Assembly (NCBI RefSeq): GCF_037902255.1
Contig: NZ_CP147990.1
Span: 4,350,001 to 4,382,000 of the forward strand
Source of the DNA: Candidatus Electrothrix sp. GW3-4
GTDB taxonomy: Bacteria; Desulfobacterota; Desulfobulbia; Desulfobulbales; Desulfobulbaceae
Direction: 5' to 3'
Length of the DNA stretch: 32,000 bases
The position numbers were made by a program, and so were the translations under genes. Positions 16,084 to 25,021 of the stretch are shown here, piece by piece. The notes below the pieces were generated by a model, which did not search any database, was not told the DNA's origin, and saw nothing but the letters and a program-made list of their open reading frames with translations. Position 1 is the stretch's first letter. Every line of letters begins with the position of its first letter.

Positions 16084-16893
16084 TTAAAAACTGTCGAACA
16101 GTGATAACTGGTACGCACTGTTTGCTTTTGGGTTGATTTTTCGTGCAACCATCTTGCCTTCATCCACGCCTCCAGCATTATTGATGGTTTCCGTGATATT
16201 GCGGATACAATAGCTCTCCATTTTTTCCTGAACTTGCTGAGTTGTAAATCGTAGTACTTTCCAACCTGCCGCTTCCAAGGCATTATTACGACGGTTATCC
16301 TCAGCGGTTCTGTTTGTGTGCCAGCTGTCACCGTCAGTTTCAATATCTATTTTTGCGTTGGAGCAATAGACCGCGAAATCTAAAGCATAATTCTGTTTAT
16401 CAACCTTGACGAATTCCTGTCGTTCAGCAGGAATTTTGCGGCGTTTTAATTCCGCCCACAGACTGTCTTCCAACGGGCTATCATCGTACAGATCATTAAT
16501 TTCAGACGCATGGATAAATTTATACCATGTTGTCGGGATAAAAATTATTCTGCGTCGTCTTCGACTGAGTATTGGTTTCGGTAATTTCTGCAACGGGTTC
16601 AGGATGAGCTGATAATATTGCTGGTTGCTTTTGCGATTAGGCAGCTCACTGGGGAAGAGTTCTTGTCTATAGACCTTGCGAACTTGAATGACTTTCGTGT
16701 AATAACTGATTGAGTAGGCTTCCGGCCCGAAGATTTTGGTTTGATAGAAGGCTATCCACTGCGGTGGCCAACGATTCTTCAGCCATTTATGCGCACTGCT
16801 GACGGGGATTCGATACCAATTTTGATCGCGCACGATGGAGAAATCCCTTTTATTATTGAGAAGAGCAATTAAGACTTCACCTTGATCAGCCAT
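16084..16893 (-). CDS. DUF559 / Vsr-like (PD-(D/E)xK) endonuclease domain protein with an uncharacterised ~140-aa N-terminal domain
   Basis: C-terminal YALDFAVYCSNAKIDIETDGDSWH...RRNNALEAAGWKVLRFT is the DUF559/Vsr-type motif set. The N-terminus begins GEVLIALLNNKRDFSIVRDQNWYRIPV...RRRIIFIPTTWYKF. AT-rich, with no Shine-Dalgarno. Confidence 0.8.
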   Translation of the reverse strand: MADQGEVLIALLNNKRDFSIVRDQNWYRIPVSSAHKWLKNRWPPQWIAFYQTKIFGPEAYSISYYTKVIQVRKVYRQELFPSELPNRKSNQQYYQLILNPLQKLPKPILSRRRRRIIFIPTTWYKFIHASEINDLYDDSPLEDSLWAELKRRKIPAERQEFVKVDKQNYALDFAVYCSNAKIDIETDGDSWHTNRTAEDNRRNNALEAAGWKVLRFTTQQVQEKMESYCIRNITETINNAGGVDEGKMVARKINPKANSAYQLSLFDSF

Positions 16894-17011
16894 TGATTTT
16901 GTATCGCAATCCTGTGGGTTCGATTTACTGGTTCAACCCGGCTTGTTTTTTAATACCCTCGAATTCGACGGAATTAAAAACGGTTCGTAGTTCTGCTTGG
17001 GTGCAACGAAA

Positions 17012-17467
17012 TCAGGCAACCAGAGGAACAACTTCAATATCCGTGCTGAATCGTTTAAAATCACTGACATTATGAGTAAGCAGCTCATGAACGTCGTTGA
17101 CCAGCATGGTTGCAACAATATTCGCATCATGAATTTGTTTGCCGCTTACCGAGATAGTTTCTGCCAGCTCAAGCAGTTGCTCGGTCACTCCGGGAGTATC
17201 ATTGAACACGGTAAAATCTTCTTCAAAATGTCTGATCGCTTCGATGACCGACTCTCTGGGCAACTCTTCCGTGAGCATATCAGGGCGAGTCATTGTTGCA
17301 AGGTATTCCCGCAAGACCTGACGATTGATGAATAGTTCGGCATTTTCCTCTTCAAGCCCTTTGATCGCATCACGCGCAAACTGGTGGAACGGCGACCCGC
17401 TGTTGCTCGCATAGATCAGAATATTCGTATCAACAAAGACTCTGCGTCTATCGTCCGTCGTCTCCAT
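17012..17467 (-). CDS. vapC: PIN-domain toxin VapC
   Basis: VFVDTNILIYA, REYLAT and QIHDANIVAT carry the PIN acidic residues. ATG 17467 overlaps the antitoxin stop by 20 nt (an alternative GTG lies at 17479). Confidence 0.9.
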   Translation of the reverse strand: METTDDRRRVFVDTNILIYASNSGSPFHQFARDAIKGLEEENAELFINRQVLREYLATMTRPDMLTEELPRESVIEAIRHFEEDFTVFNDTPGVTEQLLELAETISVSGKQIHDANIVATMLVNDVHELLTHNVSDFKRFSTDIEVVPLVA

Positions 17468-17684
17468 ACAAATCCTCACGCCTGAAAGTATTTTTCGGGT
17501 CTACCGGCTCGGCATTGAAGGTCGGAAAACGAACCCCTTTCTTCGTTCTTTTTTTCCTGACAGGATATTCTTCAATAATAACCATTGCGCGATAACGCCC
17601 CTGTTTTATTTCAGGGGGAAGTCGCAGGTCAACAACGGCTCGGCCCGGTACTTTGACAAATATATTCGTCTTAATCGCTTTCAT
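17448..17684 (-). CDS. Putative VapB-type antitoxin (78 aa)
   Basis: Sits immediately upstream of vapC and overlaps it. The C-terminal FRREDLYGDDGR tail is typical of PIN-associated antitoxins. GAGG lies 8 nt upstream of the ATG. Confidence 0.7.
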   Translation of the reverse strand: MKAIKTNIFVKVPGRAVVDLRLPPEIKQGRYRAMVIIEEYPVRKKRTKKGVRFPTFNAEPVDPKNTFRREDLYGDDGR

Positions 17685-17854
17685 TGTTCCGCCTCAGTAA
17701 GGTGTGAAAAATTATTTCCAAAATCATTATACATAAGATCCTGTGGGAAAAGAAAGTGGTCTCGCTCAAACTGCTCCGGGACATCGCAGGCATTGGTGAG
17801 GCCGGTTTGGTAGCGGTTCAGGCGTTCTTCGATGGAATGATACGGTGCTGGCAT
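17681..17854 (-). CDS. Possible 57-aa small ORF inside repeat copy B, ATGA-coupled to the antitoxin gene
   Basis: Same AGGAGG-ATG as copy A. Product is MPAPYHSIEERLNRYQTGLTNACDVPEQFERDHF...LTEAEQ*. Its TGA (17683-17681) overlaps the antitoxin ATG (17684-17682). Below the 60-aa cutoff, so absent from the ORF track. Confidence 0.35.
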   Translation of the reverse strand: MPAPYHSIEERLNRYQTGLTNACDVPEQFERDHFLFPQDLMYNDFGNNFSHLTEAEQ

Positions 17855-17937
17855 GGTGTCCTCCTGAATTGGGTTGAGGGAAGGATTTCCCGGATGATGA
17901 GCGGGTGCAGGGGGAGAAAATGGCGTTGCAGTGCTGC
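17726..17937. repeat. Duplicated module, copy B (partner at 15656-15877)
   Basis: See copy A. Contains a conserved GGATCTTATGTATAAT (minus strand) with a perfect TATAAT about 40 nt upstream of the antitoxin ATG. Confidence 0.9.
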
Positions 17938-17945
17938 TGGATCAT

Positions 17946-18112
17946 TTTCTCCTACTACAGAACGACTTTTTCCCCTGTAGGATGAGTTCTGCCTGCTCCA
18001 GAACCTCTTTCTCCTGCTTCAGGGTGGTTTCTGCCGCTTCGGGAAGGGTTTCTCCCGGTGCAGCGAGGGATTCTCCTCTTACAGAGGGTTTTTTTCCTGT
18101 GTAACTGTAAGT
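17946..18112. repeat. 21-nt tandem repeat array, 8 units
   Basis: Units start at 17946, 17967, 17988, 18009, 18029, 18050, 18071 and 18092, for example TTCTCCTGCTTCAGGGTGGT, TTCTGCCGCTTCGGGAAGGGT and TTCTCCCGGTGCAGCGAGGGA. Approximate consensus is TTCTCCYGCTNCAGRRNGGNT, with no spacers. Confidence 0.8.
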
Positions 18113-18142
18113 AACAGTCTGGTTTTATCAGATATGTTGATC

Positions 18143-18693
18143 TCACCATGTTTTTCGCCCAAATATCCGTTCCACATTCGTTTGTGGAGCACCAACCGCA
18201 CCTTCGAGAAGATTTAAATGTTTTGATAAGTAGTCTTGTGCCCAAGGCTGTATATTATATGGTACTCCCTCAAGAATGTTGACTAAATTACTTGAACGAT
18301 AGACAATCCCCTTTGCCTCCAGTCCACCTGCAACACCACATCACCCATATGAACATGGATTGTATTGTTTCCATGCTTGATAAATTGGGCCAAATGTCCC
18401 TTTTCTTCTGCTGTTAAGCTATGGAGCTGTAATCGCCGTTTCCTTAGAGTCGCTTTTTTTCTCCGAATATTATTTACTGACAGAAGCACGTTAGTGATGA
18501 AAAAGCTAATCACAACCAAGAAGGACGGACCGAGAAACGTCCTGTAGGAATCACGAAACTCCTTGATAGCTAGGGTTTCAGCAATCTCAATTGGCAGAAA
18601 GAGAAGTAGTGCTAGAACAACTGACAAGGCAAGAAGAAATCCCGGAGGTATTTTCCTCAGCCATTCCAGTGCATTTAAAATGTTATTAATCAT
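18143..18693 (-). pseudogene. SieB-like (superinfection-exclusion B family) membrane protein, interrupted by a 1-nt frameshift
   Basis: Frame A (18693-18283) encodes two TM helices, RRKKATLRKRR and LTAEEKGHLAQFI..., then turns to junk. The adjacent frame encodes GLEAKGIVYRSSNLVNILEGVPYNIQPWAQDYLSKH... down to TGA 18143-18145. The switch lies near 18325-18342. Confidence 0.55.
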
Positions 18694-18737
18694 TTCAACT
18701 TACTCCCGGCCTTTTCCCCGGCCACCAGATGGATAAT

Positions 18738-19046
18738 TCACTGAGAACGAGCAGGTTGGGCCACCAAACGAACTCCAAGGGCTGCACATACTCGGTTGAT
18801 TGTGTCGAATCGTGGCTTGGCATTCGGCCTAAGCGCTTTATACAAGGCTTCACGGGTTATGCCTGTGGATTGCGCTATTTCGCTCATTCCTTTGGCCCGT
18901 GCGATATCCCCCAAAGCAGCAGCCAAAAGGGATGGGTCGTTTTCTCCGATGACAATCGTGAGGTAAGCGGCAATATCTTCATCGTCTTGCAGGAATTTTG
19001 CCGGATCAAAATCAGGCAGATCGGCAACCTTTCTTTTTTTGCTCAT
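18738..19046 (-). CDS. HigA-family / TIGR02684-type addiction-module antidote protein (HTH)
   Basis: DPAKFLQDDEDIAAYL...LGDIARAKGMSEIAQSTGITREALYKALRPNAKPRFDTINRVCAALGVRL is the characteristic sequence of this antidote family. GGAGGA Shine-Dalgarno. Confidence 0.8.
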   Translation of the reverse strand: MSKKRKVADLPDFDPAKFLQDDEDIAAYLTIVIGENDPSLLAAALGDIARAKGMSEIAQSTGITREALYKALRPNAKPRFDTINRVCAALGVRLVAQPARSQ

Positions 19047-19098
19047 GTTAATCCTCCAGCAGGTCTACTTTCCACTGGAATACAGTCCGTTTTTCTGT

Positions 19099-19209
19099 CC
19101 CGGCCTTGAAAGACCGGGCTATTTTCGGCAGTCCCTCCGGGACGCTGTTTTCCGAATATCCCCGCCCCGGAGGGGCGATTGATAACAGCCCACCGTTTTA
19201 ACGGTGGGC
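19099..19209. repeat. Cluster of four short GC-rich hairpins between ligA and the antidote gene
   Basis: CCCGG..CCGGG (19099-19118), GTCCC-TCC-GGGAC (19131-19143), CGCCCC-GGA-GGGGCG (19163-19177), GCCCACCGTT..AACGGTGGGC (19188-19209). Confidence 0.45.
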
Positions 19210-19257
19210 GTCGAGATCGGAAAGCTCAAGTCCTTCCAATGTTGAGTATAACAATAT

Positions 19258-21315
<2,058 letters not shown>

Positions 21316-21347
21316 TCAACAAGAAGTACCTTTTCATGCCGGATGCC

Positions 21348-21451
21348 GTAGGGGCGAACCAGGGTGTTCGCCCTTGTAGCAAGCCGAATACCGTAGGGGG
21401 CACGGCATGCCGTGCCCCTCCCCCCTACCGGGCAGGCACAGGGGACCTGCC
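21348..21451. repeat. Cluster of three GC-rich REP-like palindromes between the tautomerase gene and ligA
   Basis: GTAGGGGCGAAC-CAGGGT-GTTCGCCC (21348-21373). Perfect 22-nt palindrome GGGGCACGGCATGCCGTGCCCC (21397-21418). GGCAGG..CCTGCC (21431-21451). Confidence 0.65.
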
Positions 21452-21452
21452 G

Positions 21453-21635
21453 CTACTCGTCCAGCAATTTTCCGCCCTTGGCAATATTTTCCCGCTGCTC
21501 TTCATCAATAAAGATCAGGACAGAGGATTCGGGCTTGTCTGCTTCTTTGGCTATAACCTTGGTGACGCCCTGAGCGATATTTTTCTTCTGTTCTCTGCTC
21601 AGCTTGCCAGCAACACGAATGCTTACATAGGGCAT
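21453..21635 (-). CDS. 4-oxalocrotonate tautomerase family protein (60 aa)
   Basis: MPYVSIRVAGKLSREQKKNIAQGVTKVIAKEADKPESSVLIFIDE shows Pro-1 and the 4-OT beta-alpha-beta pattern. The 162-aa track ORF is an upstream over-extension. Confidence 0.8.
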   Translation of the reverse strand: MPYVSIRVAGKLSREQKKNIAQGVTKVIAKEADKPESSVLIFIDEEQRENIAKGGKLLDE

Positions 21636-21735
21636 GATGGTCTCTCTCTTAACGTATGACGATTGTTTTTTTTCTTCTGGCGTTCCTGGAACGCCAGAAG
21701 AGATCTTACAGTTTACAGTAATGGCCTTGTTGCCC

Positions 21736-22713
21736 TTACCATAGATTTTTCCAGAAATCTTTTGCCTTCTCCAGGAACCCCTTGGGTTTTTCCTGGGGCT
21801 GCTGCATGGGCTGTTGTACAGGTTGCTGAGGTTGTTGTGCTGTTGGTTGTTCAACAGGATCCGTTGGACCAGCCTGTTGTTGCTGCTGTCCGTTGTTGGC
21901 GCTGGCAGGACGCTGAGGCCGAAGGAAGAGCCGATCTCCATCCTGTTGGCATGTTCCGCTGATCGTCCTCCCCTGTGACGTGGTTAGCTGGGCCTCATCA
22001 CCGGCCTTTTTCCCTTCACAGGCTGTATAGGCGGCCTCTGGTGCTTTTGGCCTGGTATTACTGTTGCTGTTCTGAGGTTCGGTTTGCGGAGGCTGTTGTT
22101 GCTGCGTATTTTGTTGCGGTGTGCTGGAGGAACTTCCATTCTGATTTTGATAAGGGGCCTGCTGCCGGGTATTACCAGTCTGGGTATTTTCGCTTTGCGG
22201 TACCTGTTGATACTGTTGGGGGGAGTTTTTTGGGATTGGTTTTTGTGCCGGTTCAGCTTGCTGCTGTTGCTGATCCTGCGGTCTCATGTTGCCTCCCATA
22301 CCTGGGGGAGCATCGGGCTGTAAATAGAGTCTGTCCCCGTCTGTCTGGCATGTTCCAGTGATCGTCCGGCCAGTGGGGGTGGTGATTTGGATCTGATCAC
22401 CACGTTTTTTTCCCATACAGTCCTGATATGCCGCAGGTGGTATCATTGGTGGTCTTCCGTTTCCTCTTCCTTTGCCGAGACGATCCGGTCTGAGGAAAAG
22501 GCGTCCGTTTTTCTGTTGCTCGCAGGTTCCGGTGAGAGTATGTCCCTGTGGGGTGATAAGGCTTGCCTTTTCTCCAAGCTGTTTTCCCTCGCAGGCCGTA
22601 TAAGCCTCAGGTGGCGGGATAGGGCCGCTGCTTGATGGAAATGCCAAGGCATTGACGGACCAGGCTGTTGCCAGAGACAGGGTAAGGAGTGTTGTTTTTT
22701 TGGTACAGATCAT
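21736..22713 (-). CDS. Secreted Gln/Pro-rich protein with three ~45-aa two-cysteine repeats
   Basis: Start is ATG 22713 (AAGAGGA Shine-Dalgarno; signal peptide MICTKKTTLLTLSLATAWSVNALA). The unit P(P/E)AAYxxCxGKxxGdxxxlTTpxGxTixGTCqxdGDRLfLrP occurs 3 times, separated by poly-Q/P/N low-complexity linkers. Confidence 0.7.
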   Translation of the reverse strand: MICTKKTTLLTLSLATAWSVNALAFPSSSGPIPPPEAYTACEGKQLGEKASLITPQGHTLTGTCEQQKNGRLFLRPDRLGKGRGNGRPPMIPPAAYQDCMGKKRGDQIQITTPTGRTITGTCQTDGDRLYLQPDAPPGMGGNMRPQDQQQQQAEPAQKPIPKNSPQQYQQVPQSENTQTGNTRQQAPYQNQNGSSSSTPQQNTQQQQPPQTEPQNSNSNTRPKAPEAAYTACEGKKAGDEAQLTTSQGRTISGTCQQDGDRLFLRPQRPASANNGQQQQQAGPTDPVEQPTAQQPQQPVQQPMQQPQEKPKGFLEKAKDFWKNLW

Positions 22714-23071
22714 TGGAAAGTCCTCTTGGTAGAAGATGAGTGTTGCTCTGCCGTTCAGAACGGATGGTGTCTGGGTTATCCAATTCCGGGACCGCAGGCC
22801 ATTGTCGAGGAAGACTGTGAAACCGTAACAGACAGTTACGGGTTGGAAGAATACAGCATTTTTATGTCCGCTGCAATCCACAGTGAGCATGATTTCTGTC
22901 TCTGGATGACTTTGGCTGGTATTCTTCTCCTCTTTCTTCGTCTTTTTATGGTTTGTTGGTCCGGTCCGCCGGGATGGGAGTTATTGCTTAACGCCTTGTG
23001 GTATGCTATAATTCTATATTTTTGACGTCATTAAAGAAAAATATCAACATTTCGCCCCGAACGGAGCTCTC

Positions 23072-25000
23072 ATGAAGTACACCATTACCTTCCTGCCAGA
23101 TAACATCACCGCAACTGTTGATAAAGGAGAAAATCTCCTCAATGCTGCTGCCCAGGCAGGCGTCTATATCCATGCCTATTGTGGTGGCGATGGGATCTGC
23201 GGCAAATGTAAGGTGATTGTTGACAAGGGGGAGGTACGTTCGGACAAGGCCAACCTGAAGCAGGAGGACTGGGATAAGGGCTATCGTCTGGCCTGCCTGT
23301 CCACGGTGGAGTCAGACCTGGAGGTCACCGTGCCGGAGATGACCTCTAAGAGCGGCAAGGCCCTGAAGCGCAAGCCCAAGACCACCCGCACCGTCTCGGC
23401 CAAGGCCCTGGATAGCCTGATCGGCAGCTGGGAGGTTGAACCACCGGTGAGTAAACTCTATCTGAAGCTGGAGCCGCCCACTCTGGAGGATAATATTGCT
23501 GATATGGATCGGGTGATGCGGGGGATCAAGCAGGCCTTTCCCGAGCATGTGGGTGACCCGTCCTATGATCATCCCGAGTTGATCAAGTATCTGCCTGCGG
23601 TCCTGCGCGAGGCTGACTGGAAGATCACCCTGCTCCTGCTTCGGCGGAACCAGGGTGGTTTTCGCATCATCGACGTGGAGGCAGGGGATACCACGGCCAA
23701 GCTCTACGGGCTGGCTGTGGATATCGGTACCACCACCTGTTCCGGGGTCCTGGTTGATCTGAACAACGGGGCAATCCTGGCTGAGTCCTCGGGTTATAAC
23801 GGCCAGATCAGCTGCGGTGAGGATGTGATCTCCCGTATTGTCTATGCCAAGCGCCCTGGTGGTCAGAAGGCCCTGCAAGACAAGGTGGTCGTGACCATCA
23901 ATACCATCATCGAGGATATCTGTCGTGAGCTGATTATTTCACCGGCAGATATCGCCTATATAATGGCAGCAGGTAACACGGTCATGTCGCATCACCTCCT
24001 GGGGCTGGAACCGAAATATCTTCGCGAGGCCCCGTACGTGCCCAGTGTCAGTCGCTTTCCTTTGACCAAGGCAGCAGAGCTGGGGATCCATGCCCATCCC
24101 TCCATGCGGCTCTTTCTCTATCCCTGTATTGCCTCCTATGTGGGCGGCGATATCGTGGCTGGGGTCCATGCCTGCCAGATGGCGAAGTCGGACAAGGTGA
24201 GCCTGTTCATCGATATCGGCACTAACGGTGAGATCGTGGTGGGTAATCAGGATTGGATGGTCTGTGCGGCCTGTTCTGCTGGCCCGGCCTTTGAGGGCGG
24301 GGGGATCCGCTACGGAATGCGGGCCTCCAGCGGGGCTATTGAGAATTTTCAGATCCATCCCGAGACCTTTGATCCCATGATCGTGACCATTGATCATATC
24401 AAACCTTCGGGTATCTGCGGCTCCGGCCTGATCGCCATTGTGGCCGAGCTGCTGGAGAGCGGGGTGATTGATCAGCAGGGGAAGTTCCGCCATAACCTGG
24501 ATACCCCCAGGATTCGCCAGGGGACGGATGGCTGGGAATATGTCCTGGTCTGGGCCCGGGACTCCCTGATCGGGGAGGATATCGTCATCACCGAGGTGGA
24601 CCTGGATAACCTGATGCGGGCCAAGGGGGCTATGTACGCAGGCTATCAGACCCTGCTGGAGTCGGTCGGGCTGACCTTTGCCGATCTGGATCGGGTGATC
24701 ATGGCGGGCAATTTTGGGGCCTATATTGATCTGGAGCGGGCCATCTGTATCGGCCTCTTGCCGGATGTGGATCGGGAAAATTTTTACTATATCGGCAATG
24801 CCTCTATGCTGGGCTGCCAGATCAGTCTTTCCGATGTCAATCGTTTTCATGAGCGCCTTGCAGTGCGCCAGCTCATGACCAATATGGAGCTGTCCGAGAA
24901 CCCGGAATTCATGCAGCATTACATGGCTGCCCTCTTTCTCCCTCATACGGATATGAGTCTTTTTCCAACGATACAGGAAAAATTGAAAGAGATCGGCTGA
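23072..25000 (+). CDS. RACo-like corrinoid reductive activase (2Fe-2S ferredoxin + DUF4445/ASKHA ATPase)
   Basis: N-terminal plant-type ferredoxin YCGGDGICGKCKV. The central and C-terminal region has ASKHA phosphate motifs (LAVDIGTTT, FIDIGTNGEIV, GICGSGLI). Confidence 0.85.
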   Translation: MKYTITFLPDNITATVDKGENLLNAAAQAGVYIHAYCGGDGICGKCKVIVDKGEVRSDKANLKQEDWDKGYRLACLSTVESDLEVTVPEMTSKSGKALKRKPKTTRTVSAKALDSLIGSWEVEPPVSKLYLKLEPPTLEDNIADMDRVMRGIKQAFPEHVGDPSYDHPELIKYLPAVLREADWKITLLLLRRNQGGFRIIDVEAGDTTAKLYGLAVDIGTTTCSGVLVDLNNGAILAESSGYNGQISCGEDVISRIVYAKRPGGQKALQDKVVVTINTIIEDICRELIISPADIAYIMAAGNTVMSHHLLGLEPKYLREAPYVPSVSRFPLTKAAELGIHAHPSMRLFLYPCIASYVGGDIVAGVHACQMAKSDKVSLFIDIGTNGEIVVGNQDWMVCAACSAGPAFEGGGIRYGMRASSGAIENFQIHPETFDPMIVTIDHIKPSGICGSGLIAIVAELLESGVIDQQGKFRHNLDTPRIRQGTDGWEYVLVWARDSLIGEDIVITEVDLDNLMRAKGAMYAGYQTLLESVGLTFADLDRVIMAGNFGAYIDLERAICIGLLPDVDRENFYYIGNASMLGCQISLSDVNRFHERLAVRQLMTNMELSENPEFMQHYMAALFLPHTDMSLFPTIQEKLKEIG

Positions 25001-25021
25001 ACTTCAACAGGAGAAGATACC

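Noticed and set aside
15687-16343. 218-aa ORF in the six-frame track
   Set aside because: It reads through element H2, the 21-nt array and the duplicated core, and it overlaps the 3' end of the DUF559 gene in another frame. Only its last 35 codons, which have their own Shine-Dalgarno and ATG, are plausible.
15656-17937. Template/variable repeat pair of a diversity-generating retroelement
   Set aside because: There are only two substitutions between the copies, and they are transitions in both directions rather than adenine-specific. No reverse transcriptase is present. The repeat is mostly non-coding or covers only a tiny ORF.
17946-18112. Possible CRISPR array, suggested by regularly spaced short repeats
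   Set aside because: The units abut each other with no unique spacers. Unit length is ~21 nt with substantial degeneracy, and no cas genes are present. This is a tandem repeat, not a CRISPR array.
17955-18245. 96-aa ORF with heptad-like GRNPSRS/GRNHPEA repeats
   Set aside because: The periodicity is simply the 21-nt DNA array translated. The ORF also overlaps the restored C-terminal part of the SieB-like gene in another frame, and it has no Shine-Dalgarno.
19047-19257. Remnant of a HigB/RelE-type toxin upstream of the antidote gene
   Set aside because: I translated all three minus-strand frames. One frame gives ...AGTEKRTVFQWKVDLLED*, which only vaguely recalls the GGDKSxQ...C-terminus of such toxins. 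This is too weak to call without a profile search.
21736-22890. Longer 384-aa version of the Q-rich protein, and the 162-aa ORF 21453-21941
   Set aside because: The upstream extensions lack a signal peptide or Shine-Dalgarno and overlap neighbouring features. Internal ATGs at 22713 and 21635 have good Shine-Dalgarno sites and give a proper signal peptide and a Pro-1 tautomerase, respectively.
23939-24946. 335-aa antisense ORF, plus similar long antisense ORFs at 23312-23878, 27206-28237, 19304-20025, 20134-20571, 10491-10784 and 11219-11656
   Set aside because: These are shadow ORFs opposite strongly supported genes (RACo-like, TPP enzyme, ligA, nth, xth). Their products are low-complexity, Gly/Pro/Arg/His-rich, and have no motifs.
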